A stretch of DNA of 64,000 nt, taken from Candidatus Brachybacterium merdavium (GTDB lineage: Bacteria > Actinomycetota > Actinomycetes > Actinomycetales > Dermabacteraceae). The notes below the pieces were generated by a model. The model was given only the letters and a program-made list of their open reading frames with translations. It made no database searches and had not been told where the DNA came from. This document shows positions 38,149 to 46,822 of the stretch, piece after piece; the stretch's first letter is position 1; each line of letters starts with the position of its first letter. A program made the position numbers and the translations under genes. Location: positions 9,908 through 73,907 of the forward strand of contig DWZH01000008.1 of NCBI GenBank assembly GCA_019118275.1, given 5' to 3'.

Positions 38149-38879
38149 GGGGAGGTGTCCGCAGCGGGGGTGACGACGCTGAGCAGGGGGCGATCGGTCG
38201 AGGGGGCTTCATAGGAGCCTGTCGACCACAGCCGGGACGCGTGGCCGATGTGCCGGCGGATGAGCTCGTAGGCCCCATCGCCATCACTGTCCGCGAGCAG
38301 ATCGAGCAGCTGGTGGTGCTCCTGGGCCGACTCCACCAGACGGCCGCTGTCGGCCAGGGCACGGAGTGCGCGCAGGCGGGTCTGCCCGCGAAGCTGGGTG
38401 GTCGTCTCCACCAGGCGTCGGTTGCCCGTGTAGGTCACCAGGCGGGCGTGGAAGGTCCGGTCCTCGGAGAGGTAGGTGTGCAGATCGCCCTGCTCGGCGG
38501 CGGCGACGATGACGTCGGCGCTCTCTCTGAGCGGTGCGTAGTCCTCCTCGGGCACATGCCCGGCGATCGCGTGCATGGCCGGGCACTCGAGGAGCTGTCT
38601 GACCTGTGTCTGCTCCTCGAGGTCGACAGCGGTCATCTCGGTGATCAGGAAGCCCTTGTTCTTCGCCGTGGTCACCAGGCCTTCGCGGGCGAGGTCCATC
38701 ATCGCCTCACGCACCGGTGTGGCGGAGACTCCCAGCGGGGCCGCGAGGGCCGGGGCGGAGTACAGCTCGCCCTCGACCAGGTCGCCGAGGATGATCGCTG
38801 TCCGCAGGGCGTCCGTGACGGCGCTCCGGAGGCTTCTGAACTGTTGGACCGGTGCCAGCGGGATCTCGCTCGCGGACAT
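38145..38879 (-). CDS. GntR family transcriptional regulator (FadR/FCD subfamily)
   Basis: Start ATG 38879 (MSASEIPL...). wHTH LYSAPALAAPLGVSATPVREAMMDLAREGLV is followed by an all-helical FCD-type C-terminal domain (HHQLLDLLADSD). The rest of the listed 645-aa ORF overlaps the epimerase gene out of frame. Confidence 0.85.
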   Translation of the reverse strand: MSASEIPLAPVQQFRSLRSAVTDALRTAIILGDLVEGELYSAPALAAPLGVSATPVREAMMDLAREGLVTTAKNKGFLITEMTAVDLEEQTQVRQLLECPAMHAIAGHVPEEDYAPLRESADVIVAAAEQGDLHTYLSEDRTFHARLVTYTGNRRLVETTTQLRGQTRLRALRALADSGRLVESAQEHHQLLDLLADSDGDGAYELIRRHIGHASRLWSTGSYEAPSTDRPLLSVVTPAADTSP

Positions 38880-38902
38880 GTCGGCTCCTCTCGACGGGTG
38901 CT

Positions 38903-39904
38903 TCACAGCTCGAAACCCTCGGGATACGGGTCCGTCGGATCGAGCATGTACTGGGCGGTGCCGGTGACCCATGCCCGTCCGGTCACGCTGGGGACCACGG
39001 CCTCGCGGTCGCCGACACTGGTGGTGCCGACGATACGGCCGACGAAGCGCGAGCCGATGAAGGACTCGTTGACGAAGTCGGTCTCGACGGGGAGCTCGCC
39101 ACGGGCGTGGAGCTGCGCCATGCGGGCGCTGGTCCCGGTGCCGCAGGGGGAGCGGTCGAACCAGCCGGGGTGGATGGCCATCGCGTGGCGGGAGTGCCTC
39201 GCGTCCGAGCCGGGCGCGGCGAGGTAGACGTGGTGGACCCCGCGAATGTCCTCGCGCTCGGGGTGGACGGGCTCGTCGGCGGTGTTCAGCGCCTCCATGA
39301 TCGCCAGACCGGCGGCGAGCAGCCGGTCCTTCTGACGGCGGTCGAAGGGCAGGGCGAGGTCTTCGAGCTCGACGAAGGCGTAGAAGTTCCCGCCGAAGCC
39401 GAGGTCGTACGGGACGGTGCCGAGACCGGGCACCTCCACGTGCGCGTCGCGTCGCATCAGGAAGGAGGGCACGTTCGTGAGCGTCACCGATTCGGCGCGG
39501 CCGTCGCGGACGGCGACCTCGACGACGACGAGGCCGGCCGGGGTGTCCAGGCGGACCGTGGTGACCGGCTCGGTCACCTCCACCATCCCGGTCTCCACCA
39601 GCACTGTCGCGGCGCCGATGGTGCCGTGGCCGCACATGGGCAGCAGCCCGGAGACCTCGATGTAGAGCACACCCCAGTCGGCGTCCGGCCGGGTGGGAGG
39701 CTGCAGAATCACCCCGCTCATCGCGCTGTGCCCGCGCGGCTCGCGCATCAGCAGCTTCCGCAGTCCATCGCGATGCTCCATGAACCACAGCCGGCGGTCG
39801 GCCATGGTCTCCCCCGGGATCGGGGGCACGCCGCCGGTGATGACGCGGGTGGGCATGCCCTCGGTGTGCGAGTCGACGGCGTGGTAGATGTGCGTGGTGC
39901 GCAA
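38903..39904 (-). CDS. 4-hydroxyproline 2-epimerase (proline racemase family)
   Basis: Proline-racemase family over its whole length (HTEGMPTRVI, NVPSF). Both catalytic Cys are present (LPMCGHGTIG and DRSPCGTGTSA), which indicates an epimerase/racemase rather than the Cys/Thr dehydratase subtype. Confidence 0.9.
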   Translation of the reverse strand: MRTTHIYHAVDSHTEGMPTRVITGGVPPIPGETMADRRLWFMEHRDGLRKLLMREPRGHSAMSGVILQPPTRPDADWGVLYIEVSGLLPMCGHGTIGAATVLVETGMVEVTEPVTTVRLDTPAGLVVVEVAVRDGRAESVTLTNVPSFLMRRDAHVEVPGLGTVPYDLGFGGNFYAFVELEDLALPFDRRQKDRLLAAGLAIMEALNTADEPVHPEREDIRGVHHVYLAAPGSDARHSRHAMAIHPGWFDRSPCGTGTSARMAQLHARGELPVETDFVNESFIGSRFVGRIVGTTSVGDREAVVPSVTGRAWVTGTAQYMLDPTDPYPEGFEL

Positions 39905-40054
39905 GCGGGCTCCTCGGTCTCACATGCCCGGCTCGGGCACCATCACCCGGCAGGCGGCTGGGATGCTGGGCCCAGTGACTCGTCATCGTAGGCGCACCCC
40001 TGCGCAGTGTCAACGGTGACATGGCACAGCGTTCCCCGAGGAGGCGACACTTCG

Positions 40055-41668
40055 ATGACCCGCGACGCCATGACCGCCCCACCCCGCCAGCAGCTCCACC
40101 AGACCTACGCCGCCGCCGTCCCGGAGCTGTCGGTGCCCTGGCAGGCTGATCCTCCCGCCCGTCCCGAGCTGGCCTGGCTGAACGAACAGCTGGCCCGCGA
40201 GCTCGGCTACGAGCCGCAGTGGCTGCACAGCCCGGCCGGCCTGGCCTTGCTCACCGGTCAGCTCGATGCCACCGGCGTGCCCCTCGCCCCCGGGGCCGAG
40301 GCCCCCGCCGATGACGAGGCCTTCACCACCGCCCAGGTCTACGCCGGCCACCAGTTCGGCACCCCGAATCCGCAGCTGGGCGATGGTCGGGCCGTGCTGC
40401 TGGGCGATCTGATCGACACGTGCGGCGCACGGCGCGACCTGCACCTGAAGGGCTCCGGCCCCACCCCCGTCGCCCGCGCGGGCGACGGGAAGGCTCCGCT
40501 GGGTCCGATGCTGCGCGAGGCCGTGGTGGGCGAGTCGCTGCACGCCCTGGGCATCCCCACCACCCGGGCCCTGGCCGTGGTCGCCACCGGCGAGCAGATC
40601 CCTCCCCGCCAGGGTGTGACCCCCGAGCCCGGTGCGATCCTGGTCCGCGTCGCCGCCAGCCACCTGCGGGTGGGAACGGTCGAGTACGCCGCCTGGCACT
40701 TGGCCGAGCCGGTCCGGACAGCCGTGATCGATCACGCCATCGACCGCCATCACCCGGCCGCCCGCGAGGCCGAGAACCCGTACCTGGACCTGCTGCGGCG
40801 TGTGAGCGAGGCGCAGGCCGAGCTGGTCGCGCAGTGGATGCTGCTCGGCTTCGTGCACGGGGTGATGAACACCGACAACATGGCGCTCTCCGGCGAGGGC
40901 ATCGACTACGGGCCCTGTGCCTTCCTCGATGTCCATCGCGCCGCCGCCGTGTTCAGCTCGATCGACCGCGGGGGCCGCTACGCCTACGGCAATCAGCCCG
41001 GCATCGCCCTGTGGAATCTCTCCCGCTTCGCCGAGACGCTGCTGCCGCTGATCGACCCGGACGACCCCGATGCGTCCGTCGAGGCCGCCACCGCCACCCT
41101 CGAGGGCTATGAAGGCCACTACCTCGACGCCTGGGCGCGGGGCCTGGCCGCCAAGCTCGGCATCCCCGTGGACCCCGCGGCCCCGCCCGGCGAGCGCGCG
41201 GCCTCGCACATCGAACCCCGCTCCTCACCCGTGGCGCCCGCAGCCTCATCCGGCGATCCCGACCATCTTGCGGCCATCCGCGCCCTCGGCGAGGAGCTGC
41301 TGGAGCTGCTCGAATCCCAGGCCATCGACCACACCGGCTTCTTCCGGGCCCTGACCGAGGGGGCGGCGACCTCCCTGTTCACCGATCCCTCCCCTTTCCG
41401 GGCCTGGCACCAGCGCCTGCTGGATCTGCGCGGCTCCGGTCCGGCGGCCGATTCCGCGGTGGCGGCCATGGCCGGGGCGAATCCCCTCTACATCCCTCGC
41501 AATGTGCACCTCGATGCCGCGCTGCGGTCCGCTCATCTCGGGGACCTGGAACCCGTGCATCGCCTGCTGGAGGCGGTGGCCCGGCCCTTCGAGCGCCGCC
41601 CGGGCCTCGCGGACCTCGAGGGGCCGGGGGACGGCGGCGAGGATTTCCTGACCTTCTGCGGGACCTGA
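40055..41668 (+). CDS. selO: protein adenylyltransferase SelO (UPF0061/YdiU)
   Basis: SelO motifs YAGHQFG, LGDGRAVLLG, HLKGSGPTP and HGVMNTDNMALSGEGIDYGP. Start at ATG 40055, 10 nt after GAGGAGG; a GTG at 40007 is an alternative. Confidence 0.85.
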   Translation: MTRDAMTAPPRQQLHQTYAAAVPELSVPWQADPPARPELAWLNEQLARELGYEPQWLHSPAGLALLTGQLDATGVPLAPGAEAPADDEAFTTAQVYAGHQFGTPNPQLGDGRAVLLGDLIDTCGARRDLHLKGSGPTPVARAGDGKAPLGPMLREAVVGESLHALGIPTTRALAVVATGEQIPPRQGVTPEPGAILVRVAASHLRVGTVEYAAWHLAEPVRTAVIDHAIDRHHPAAREAENPYLDLLRRVSEAQAELVAQWMLLGFVHGVMNTDNMALSGEGIDYGPCAFLDVHRAAAVFSSIDRGGRYAYGNQPGIALWNLSRFAETLLPLIDPDDPDASVEAATATLEGYEGHYLDAWARGLAAKLGIPVDPAAPPGERAASHIEPRSSPVAPAASSGDPDHLAAIRALGEELLELLESQAIDHTGFFRALTEGAATSLFTDPSPFRAWHQRLLDLRGSGPAADSAVAAMAGANPLYIPRNVHLDAALRSAHLGDLEPVHRLLEAVARPFERRPGLADLEGPGDGGEDFLTFCGT

Positions 41669-41676
41669 GCGGCCAG

Positions 41677-41805
41677 GGGCGCCTCGTCCGAAAGGCGGCC
41701 GGGCGCCTTGCCCGAGAGACGGGAGCGCCGCGTCCGAGGGACCGGGGCAGGGGAGCGCCTCGCCCGAGAGACGGCAACAGGGGAGCGTCTCGTCCCAGAG
41801 CAGAC
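41677..41805. repeat. array of five degenerate copies of a ~20-bp motif (GGRGCGYCKYGYCCSAGRG)
   Basis: Copies start at 41677, 41701, 41722, 41752 and 41782 (for example GGAGCGCCTCGCCCGAGAGAC), with spacing of 21-30 bp. The array lies in the non-coding gap between selO and the next gene. Confidence 0.6.
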
Positions 41806-41921
41806 GACTGCCGCCGCAGCTTGTGAAGAAAGCGTGAAGATTTTTCACCGTGCGCTCTCGGAATCGGGCGGTGGTCGACGGTGAGGAGACCAGTCAGTAT
41901 CCCCGATCTCGGAGGTCTCCT

Positions 41922-43304
41922 GTGGATTTCCTGTCATCCGTCAACTGGGCGGAGCTCGGACTCAAGGTCCTGGCGGCTCTCGCCATCCTCGTTGTCACGG
42001 CGATCTTGGCCACTGTGCTCAAGAGCGCCGTCGCCAAGGTGAGCGTGAAGATCCCCGTCCTGCAGAGGCCGGGGGTGGACGGTGCCGCGCTCGGCAACTC
42101 GCTGGGCACCATCGTCTCGATGGCGATCTGGTTGCTGGGCCTCATCGTGATCCTGGGGATCTTCCAGCTCTCCCAGGTCCTGTCCCCGGTCACGCTCATG
42201 CTCGAGCAGGCACTGGGATACGTCCCGAACATCGTCGGCGCCGTCTTCGTGTTCATCATCGGCCTGACGATCGCGAAGATCGCGCGTGCCCTGATCGTGA
42301 CCGCACTGAACGCCGTGGACTTCGGCAAGCTGATGGGCACCGCCCAATCCGGCTTCCAGAAGGCCACCGGGGGTGTGACCTCCGTGCCTGGTCAGACGGC
42401 GCCCCAGGGCGCCCAGGCTCAGACCGCACCGCAGGGCCAGCCCGGTCAGCAGGGCCAGGCGGGCCAGCCGGGTCAGCCCGGTCAGCAGGGTCGGCCCTCC
42501 CAGGGCCGCACCGGGGCCAACGTGCCCGAGATGCTCGCCTCCGTGGTGTACGCGCTGATCATGATCGTCGTGTCGATCGCGGCGCTGCAGATCCTGGGGA
42601 TCGCCTCGATCTCCGAGCCGGCCTCGCAGATGCTGACCGCGGTGTTCACCGCGATCCCGAACATCATCGCCGCCGTCGTGCTGGTGGGGATCGGTGTGCT
42701 GATCGCCCGCTTCGTCTCCGGGCTGTTCCGTCCGATCCTCGAGGGGTCCAGCATCGATGGCTGGCTGATCAAGCAGGAGATCCTCCCCGAGGGCTCCTCC
42801 ATCACCCCGACCGTGCTGCGCATCGTCGAGATCGCCGTGGTGCTGTTCTTCGCCGTGATGGGCGCCCAGGTGCTGGGCTTCCCGCAGGTCACCGCGATCC
42901 TCAGCGCGATCCTGGAGCTGGGCGGCAGCGTGCTGTTCGGCGGCGCGATCATCGTGGCCGGCTTCTTCATCGCCATGATCATCGGCCGGATCCTGTCCGG
43001 GACCGTGTCGACCGTGGTGCGCTGGGCGGTCATCATCCTGTTCACCGCCATGGGCCTGCAGTCCATGGGCGTGGCCGACTCGATCATCGAGATGGCCTTC
43101 GGTGCCCTGGTGATCGGCGGCGCCGCAGCCGCCGTCCTCGCCTTCGGCCTGGGTGGCCGGGAGGCCGCCGCCCGCCAGCTCGCCAAGCTCGAGAAGGCCC
43201 AGCCCGCCGACCCCGCCCCCGCAGCGGGATCCGCCACCTCCGGGGCCCCCGGCGGTGCGCCGTCGGACTCCGCCGGATCATCGCGCTCGGACCAGGAGGG
43301 CTGA
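41922..43304 (+). CDS. multi-pass membrane protein with repeated conserved-TM-helix segments and a Gln/Gly/Pro-rich linker
   Basis: GTG 41922 lies 6 nt after GGAGG; ATG 41850 is the alternative. Several similar hydrophobic helices follow a repeating pattern (for example AALAILVVTAILATVL, IWLLGLIVILGIF, GAVFVFIIGLTIAKIA, AAVVLVGIGVLIARFV). They are interrupted by APQGAQAQTAPQGQPGQQGQAGQPGQPGQQG. This resembles the TM_helix repeat family seen at the N-termini of MscS-like proteins. Confidence 0.6.
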   Translation: MDFLSSVNWAELGLKVLAALAILVVTAILATVLKSAVAKVSVKIPVLQRPGVDGAALGNSLGTIVSMAIWLLGLIVILGIFQLSQVLSPVTLMLEQALGYVPNIVGAVFVFIIGLTIAKIARALIVTALNAVDFGKLMGTAQSGFQKATGGVTSVPGQTAPQGAQAQTAPQGQPGQQGQAGQPGQPGQQGRPSQGRTGANVPEMLASVVYALIMIVVSIAALQILGIASISEPASQMLTAVFTAIPNIIAAVVLVGIGVLIARFVSGLFRPILEGSSIDGWLIKQEILPEGSSITPTVLRIVEIAVVLFFAVMGAQVLGFPQVTAILSAILELGGSVLFGGAIIVAGFFIAMIIGRILSGTVSTVVRWAVIILFTAMGLQSMGVADSIIEMAFGALVIGGAAAAVLAFGLGGREAAARQLAKLEKAQPADPAPAAGSATSGAPGGAPSDSAGSSRSDQEG

Positions 43305-43362
43305 CCCCACCCGGCGGCCGGCCCAGCTCCCGTCCATCGGAGCCCGGGCCGCCGTCACGGTC

Positions 43363-43397
43363 TGCGAGGCCGCCGTGGCGCGTCCACGGCGGCCTCG
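43363..43397 (+). terminator. GC-rich hairpin (15-bp perfect stem, 5-nt loop) downstream of the membrane protein gene
   Basis: GCGAGGCCGCCGTGG-CGCGT-CCACGGCGGCCTCGC, 59 nt after the stop at 43304. It has no clear U tract, as is common in high-GC actinobacteria. Confidence 0.6.
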
Positions 43398-43536
43398 CTG
43401 TGTCCGCGGGACGCTTCCCGGTCGGTCGGGGGCGCTCGGAGCCCTGGTGCTACGGTCGACGACGAGGCGAGTCCGGTAGGGCACGACCTGTCTGCCGGGT
43501 CGCTCGCCGTCGAGGAACACGACGGAAAGGACAGCC

Positions 43537-44091
43537 ATGACCACCCCTCTGAACGGGCGCAAGATCCTGATCCTGAGCTCCAACTTCGGTACCGAGACCT
43601 CCGAGATCCAGCGTCCCCTGGCGGCCTTGGACGAGGCCGGAGCGGCCGTGACCGTCGCCGCCACCGAGGCAGGCGTGGTGAAGACCCTCGAGCTGGACCG
43701 TGAGCTGGGAGCCGAGGTCCCCGTGGACGTCACCTACGACTCGGTCGATGCCTCGGACTTCGACGTCGTGGTGCTGCCCGGCGGCACCCTGAACGGGGAC
43801 AACCTGCGCACCGACGAGACCGTCCAGGGCCTGCTGCGCTCCTTCTCCGCCGCCGGCAAGCCGGTGGCCGCGATCTGCCACGCCCCCTGGACGCTGATCG
43901 AGGCCGGCCTGGTCGACGGCCAGAAGCTGACCTCCGTGCCCACGATCCGCACCGACCTGGTCAACGCCGGCGGCAACTGGTCCGACGAGGAGGTGGTGGT
44001 CGACGACGCCAAGGGCTTCCCCCTGATCACCTCCCGCGGCCCCGACGACCTGGACGCCTTCAACGGCGCGATCATCGAGGCTCTCAGCTGA
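43537..44091 (+). CDS. DJ-1/PfpI family protein (type 1 glutamine amidotransferase-like)
   Basis: Nucleophile elbow AAICHAPW, VVLPGG, and length 184 aa. Confidence 0.85.
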   Translation: MTTPLNGRKILILSSNFGTETSEIQRPLAALDEAGAAVTVAATEAGVVKTLELDRELGAEVPVDVTYDSVDASDFDVVVLPGGTLNGDNLRTDETVQGLLRSFSAAGKPVAAICHAPWTLIEAGLVDGQKLTSVPTIRTDLVNAGGNWSDEEVVVDDAKGFPLITSRGPDDLDAFNGAIIEALS

Positions 44092-44137
44092 GGACCCCGC
44101 AGTCAGCGCCGCACCGCACCGTCCCCAGGAGGCAGCC

Positions 44138-44704
44138 ATGACCCAGCCCGACGACTACGAGGTCGACCCCACCCAGGAGCCCGCCCGCACCCCGCACCCC
44201 GATCCTGCCGTGGATCCGGAGCAGGACCCCGCACTGGGCCCTGCGCGCGAGGGCGCGGTCGACCCGGCGCAGGACCCTGCCGAGGAGCAGTCTGTGGCCG
44301 AGCACGATCCGGTGCAGGACCAGGATCTGGCCGAGGCCGCCGAGACCAGCGAGGACGAGTACGCCCGTCCCGCCGACGACGCGCCCGGCGAGCAGAGCAT
44401 CGACGATGCGCTGGAGACCGACCGGGTCGCCGCCGAGGGCGCCGATTCCCGCAATACCGACGGCTTCCGCTTCGACACGACGGTCGGCCGCGGGCTCGAC
44501 GACGTCACAGCCGCCGACCAGGGCAACCGCGACGAGGATCGGATGGTCGGCGAGGGGGACGACGTCGACGAGGTCAGCCAGCTGGCCGGATCCGATGCCG
44601 ACGCCGCCGGCACCGACCGCGACCTGGCCGACCCGGACTCCGTCGGGGCCGGGGAGAGCGGCCAGCTCAGCGAGCCCGAGCCCGGACCCCGCGACGTGAT
44701 CTGA
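44138..44704 (+). CDS. hypothetical highly acidic, probably disordered protein
   Basis: The ATG lies 6 nt after AGGAGG and GC3 is high. About 30 percent of residues are Asp/Glu, with repeated DPxQDP-like segments. I recognise no family motif. Confidence 0.5.
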   Translation: MTQPDDYEVDPTQEPARTPHPDPAVDPEQDPALGPAREGAVDPAQDPAEEQSVAEHDPVQDQDLAEAAETSEDEYARPADDAPGEQSIDDALETDRVAAEGADSRNTDGFRFDTTVGRGLDDVTAADQGNRDEDRMVGEGDDVDEVSQLAGSDADAAGTDRDLADPDSVGAGESGQLSEPEPGPRDVI

Positions 44705-44737
44705 TCCGGCCGCGTCCGGTGGGGCCTGCCCTGGGGA

Positions 44738-46534
44738 TCAGCGCGCGGCCAGCGCCGCCAGGATCCGCTCATCGACCGCCCGGCGTGAGGCCAGGTGCTG
44801 GCCCACGTCGTAGGAGAACGAGGAGTAGGTCAGTGTGCCGCCCTCATCGATCAGCGCCTTCGCGCTCGCCGGATCGGTCAGCTCCGCCAGCCAGGTCAGC
44901 GCCCGATGATCGGCCATGGCCTGGGCGAACACCCGGTGGCGGATCGACAGCCAGGCCGAGCCGTCCGGACCGGGGTAGACCGCGAAGGCGTCCCCGCCGA
45001 AGAAACCGCCGCCCGCACAGGTCTCCTCGAACGGGTCGATGGGCCGCAGCGAGAACTGCGACCACCAGAAGTTGTATCCCCAGTGCAGGAACCCGGGCGC
45101 GTCGAAGGCGAACAGCTGCCGGCCCAGCACCCGGTTGCGCACCGAGGGCAGGGCGATGAACCGGTTGGCCACGTCCCGGTTCTGCGAGACGCAGTAATAC
45201 ACCCACGGCCGCTGCCCGGCCTCCAGGAAGGGGCCGACGTGGTTGGTCGCCACGATCGGGGTGTCGACCACGCCGCGCCGGGCGAACTCGTAGGAGCTGA
45301 GGGCATCGACCACCCGGGCCCCCTCCAGCAGATCCGCCACCTGCTCCTTGGCGGCCTGGTACGGCTCGAGCTGATCCTCGCGCGGCTCATCGCTGATGTG
45401 CCACAGCACCTCGCCCTCCCAGGCATCGTCCAGGTGTTCGCGCAGCGCCGGGATCAGCGCCTCCAGCAGCCGGCGGTAGGCGGGCGAGGTCGCCGGGACG
45501 TGCCAGCCGAAACGGTCCTCCACACCCTCGGTGGTCCGCACCTGGATCGCCGGGGTGAACCGGGCGCCCCACTGCGTGAACAGGTGCGCGATCTCCAGGG
45601 AGCGCATCCCAAGGTCACGGCAGATCCCCAGCCAGCGGTCCAGCCGGGAGAAGTCGAAGGTGTACCCGGCGCCGGTGTCGGTGATCCCCACCAGCTGCAC
45701 CACCGGGCGCGTGTGCCCCTCGGCGGTGTCCAGCGGCGGGGTCCAGGTGGGGGTGAGCACGGAGTTGACGTCCATCTCGCGGGCCGAGGCCAGATGCGTT
45801 CGGATCAGCTCCCAGTGCCGTTCGGAGAACACCTCGACGTCGTAGTAGGTCGACAGCGAATCCGCATGGAACCAGTGGGTGTTGGTGATCGTCAGCTCCG
45901 GCAGGCGATGCGGGTGGATCTGCACCTGCGCCGTGTGCTCGGCCAGCACCTGCGCGCCGTCCCCATCCGAGACGGTGATCGTCACCTCGTGCTCGCCCGC
46001 ATCGGCTTCGGACTCGGCGATCACGTCGATCCACAGCGCCTCCCAGCGGCCCGGGGTCAGCTCCACGGTGCCCTCGGTGACCGGCTCGAGCAGGTCGGGG
46101 TAGTCACCGGGTTCGGTGACCAGGTAGTGCTCGTCCGCGTTCTCCGGTGCCGGGGACGAGACCGGCACCCGTCGGACGGTGCTCAGCCGCACGAGCTCGG
46201 CAGCCGAGCCGCTGACCTGCACCTCGATGGCCGCGGTGGGGTCCTCCAGGGGCCGGGCGTGGGCGACGCGGTCCGCTGGGGCGGTATCCGGGGCGCTGTC
46301 GGAATCCAGATGCAGCGCGAGCTGCAGCGAGAGCACCTCCCCGAGGAACCCGGAGGCGTGGAATCCGCCGACGAGCTCGGCCGGTCGCGGCTCGGTCTCG
46401 CCGAACACCTTCTCCAGGGAATCGGTCAGAACAGAGAACACCGGGGAATACTCCTGGGCTACGTCGTCGGATCGTGGATAGAACGAGCTCGATACGGGAA
46501 CCAGGCCCGGGGGATGGGGCAGAAGCGCTCGCAT
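44738..46534 (-). CDS. DUF4091-type glycoside-hydrolase-like protein
   Basis: Recognition is by overall pattern only (SLEKVF near the N-terminus, a central TIM-like region with WTPPLDT..., HWGYNFW). GTG 46441 (VFSVLTDSLEKVF) is a plausible alternative start. It is divergent from a sugar ABC operon. Confidence 0.6.
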   Translation of the reverse strand: MRALLPHPPGLVPVSSSFYPRSDDVAQEYSPVFSVLTDSLEKVFGETEPRPAELVGGFHASGFLGEVLSLQLALHLDSDSAPDTAPADRVAHARPLEDPTAAIEVQVSGSAAELVRLSTVRRVPVSSPAPENADEHYLVTEPGDYPDLLEPVTEGTVELTPGRWEALWIDVIAESEADAGEHEVTITVSDGDGAQVLAEHTAQVQIHPHRLPELTITNTHWFHADSLSTYYDVEVFSERHWELIRTHLASAREMDVNSVLTPTWTPPLDTAEGHTRPVVQLVGITDTGAGYTFDFSRLDRWLGICRDLGMRSLEIAHLFTQWGARFTPAIQVRTTEGVEDRFGWHVPATSPAYRRLLEALIPALREHLDDAWEGEVLWHISDEPREDQLEPYQAAKEQVADLLEGARVVDALSSYEFARRGVVDTPIVATNHVGPFLEAGQRPWVYYCVSQNRDVANRFIALPSVRNRVLGRQLFAFDAPGFLHWGYNFWWSQFSLRPIDPFEETCAGGGFFGGDAFAVYPGPDGSAWLSIRHRVFAQAMADHRALTWLAELTDPASAKALIDEGGTLTYSSFSYDVGQHLASRRAVDERILAALAAR

Positions 46535-46822
46535 CGACGTGCCGGACCGGCAGCCATGAGCGATTCAGCGCCCGAGACAGCAGACGGTTCCCGCGCGGCC
46601 CGAGGGAGTGCCCCCGACAGCGGCACACCTTCGCACCGAACATGCGTTCCAATGATTGTACGGCGTGGTTTCGATCACATGCAATCATGTAGGATCGATC
46701 GGTGGCGCGTCGTTGGATACGACGGACGGTGGAACTGCGAGAGAGTTCTTCGTCCCGGGCCAGCCTGGCACGAAAGCACTTCACCGTGCAGTGGCGTCCG
46801 AGCACTCGATGAGGAGAACAGG

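Noticed and set aside
36965-40082. Long upstream parts of the 432-aa and 645-aa - strand ORFs
   Set aside because: Only the last 108 aa (2Fe-2S subunit) and the last 244 aa (GntR) are credible. The upstream parts overlap the DAO-type subunit and the epimerase genes in other frames.
41677-41805. Possible CRISPR array (also considered for 60835-60884)
   Set aside because: The units are 10-30 bp, degenerate or contiguous, without unique spacers, and no cas genes are nearby.
44795-46822. N-terminal 676 codons of the listed 1097-aa + strand ORF
   Set aside because: This part is antisense to the DUF4091 gene. The real gene starts at ATG 46823 with an SD and a Tat lipoprotein leader.
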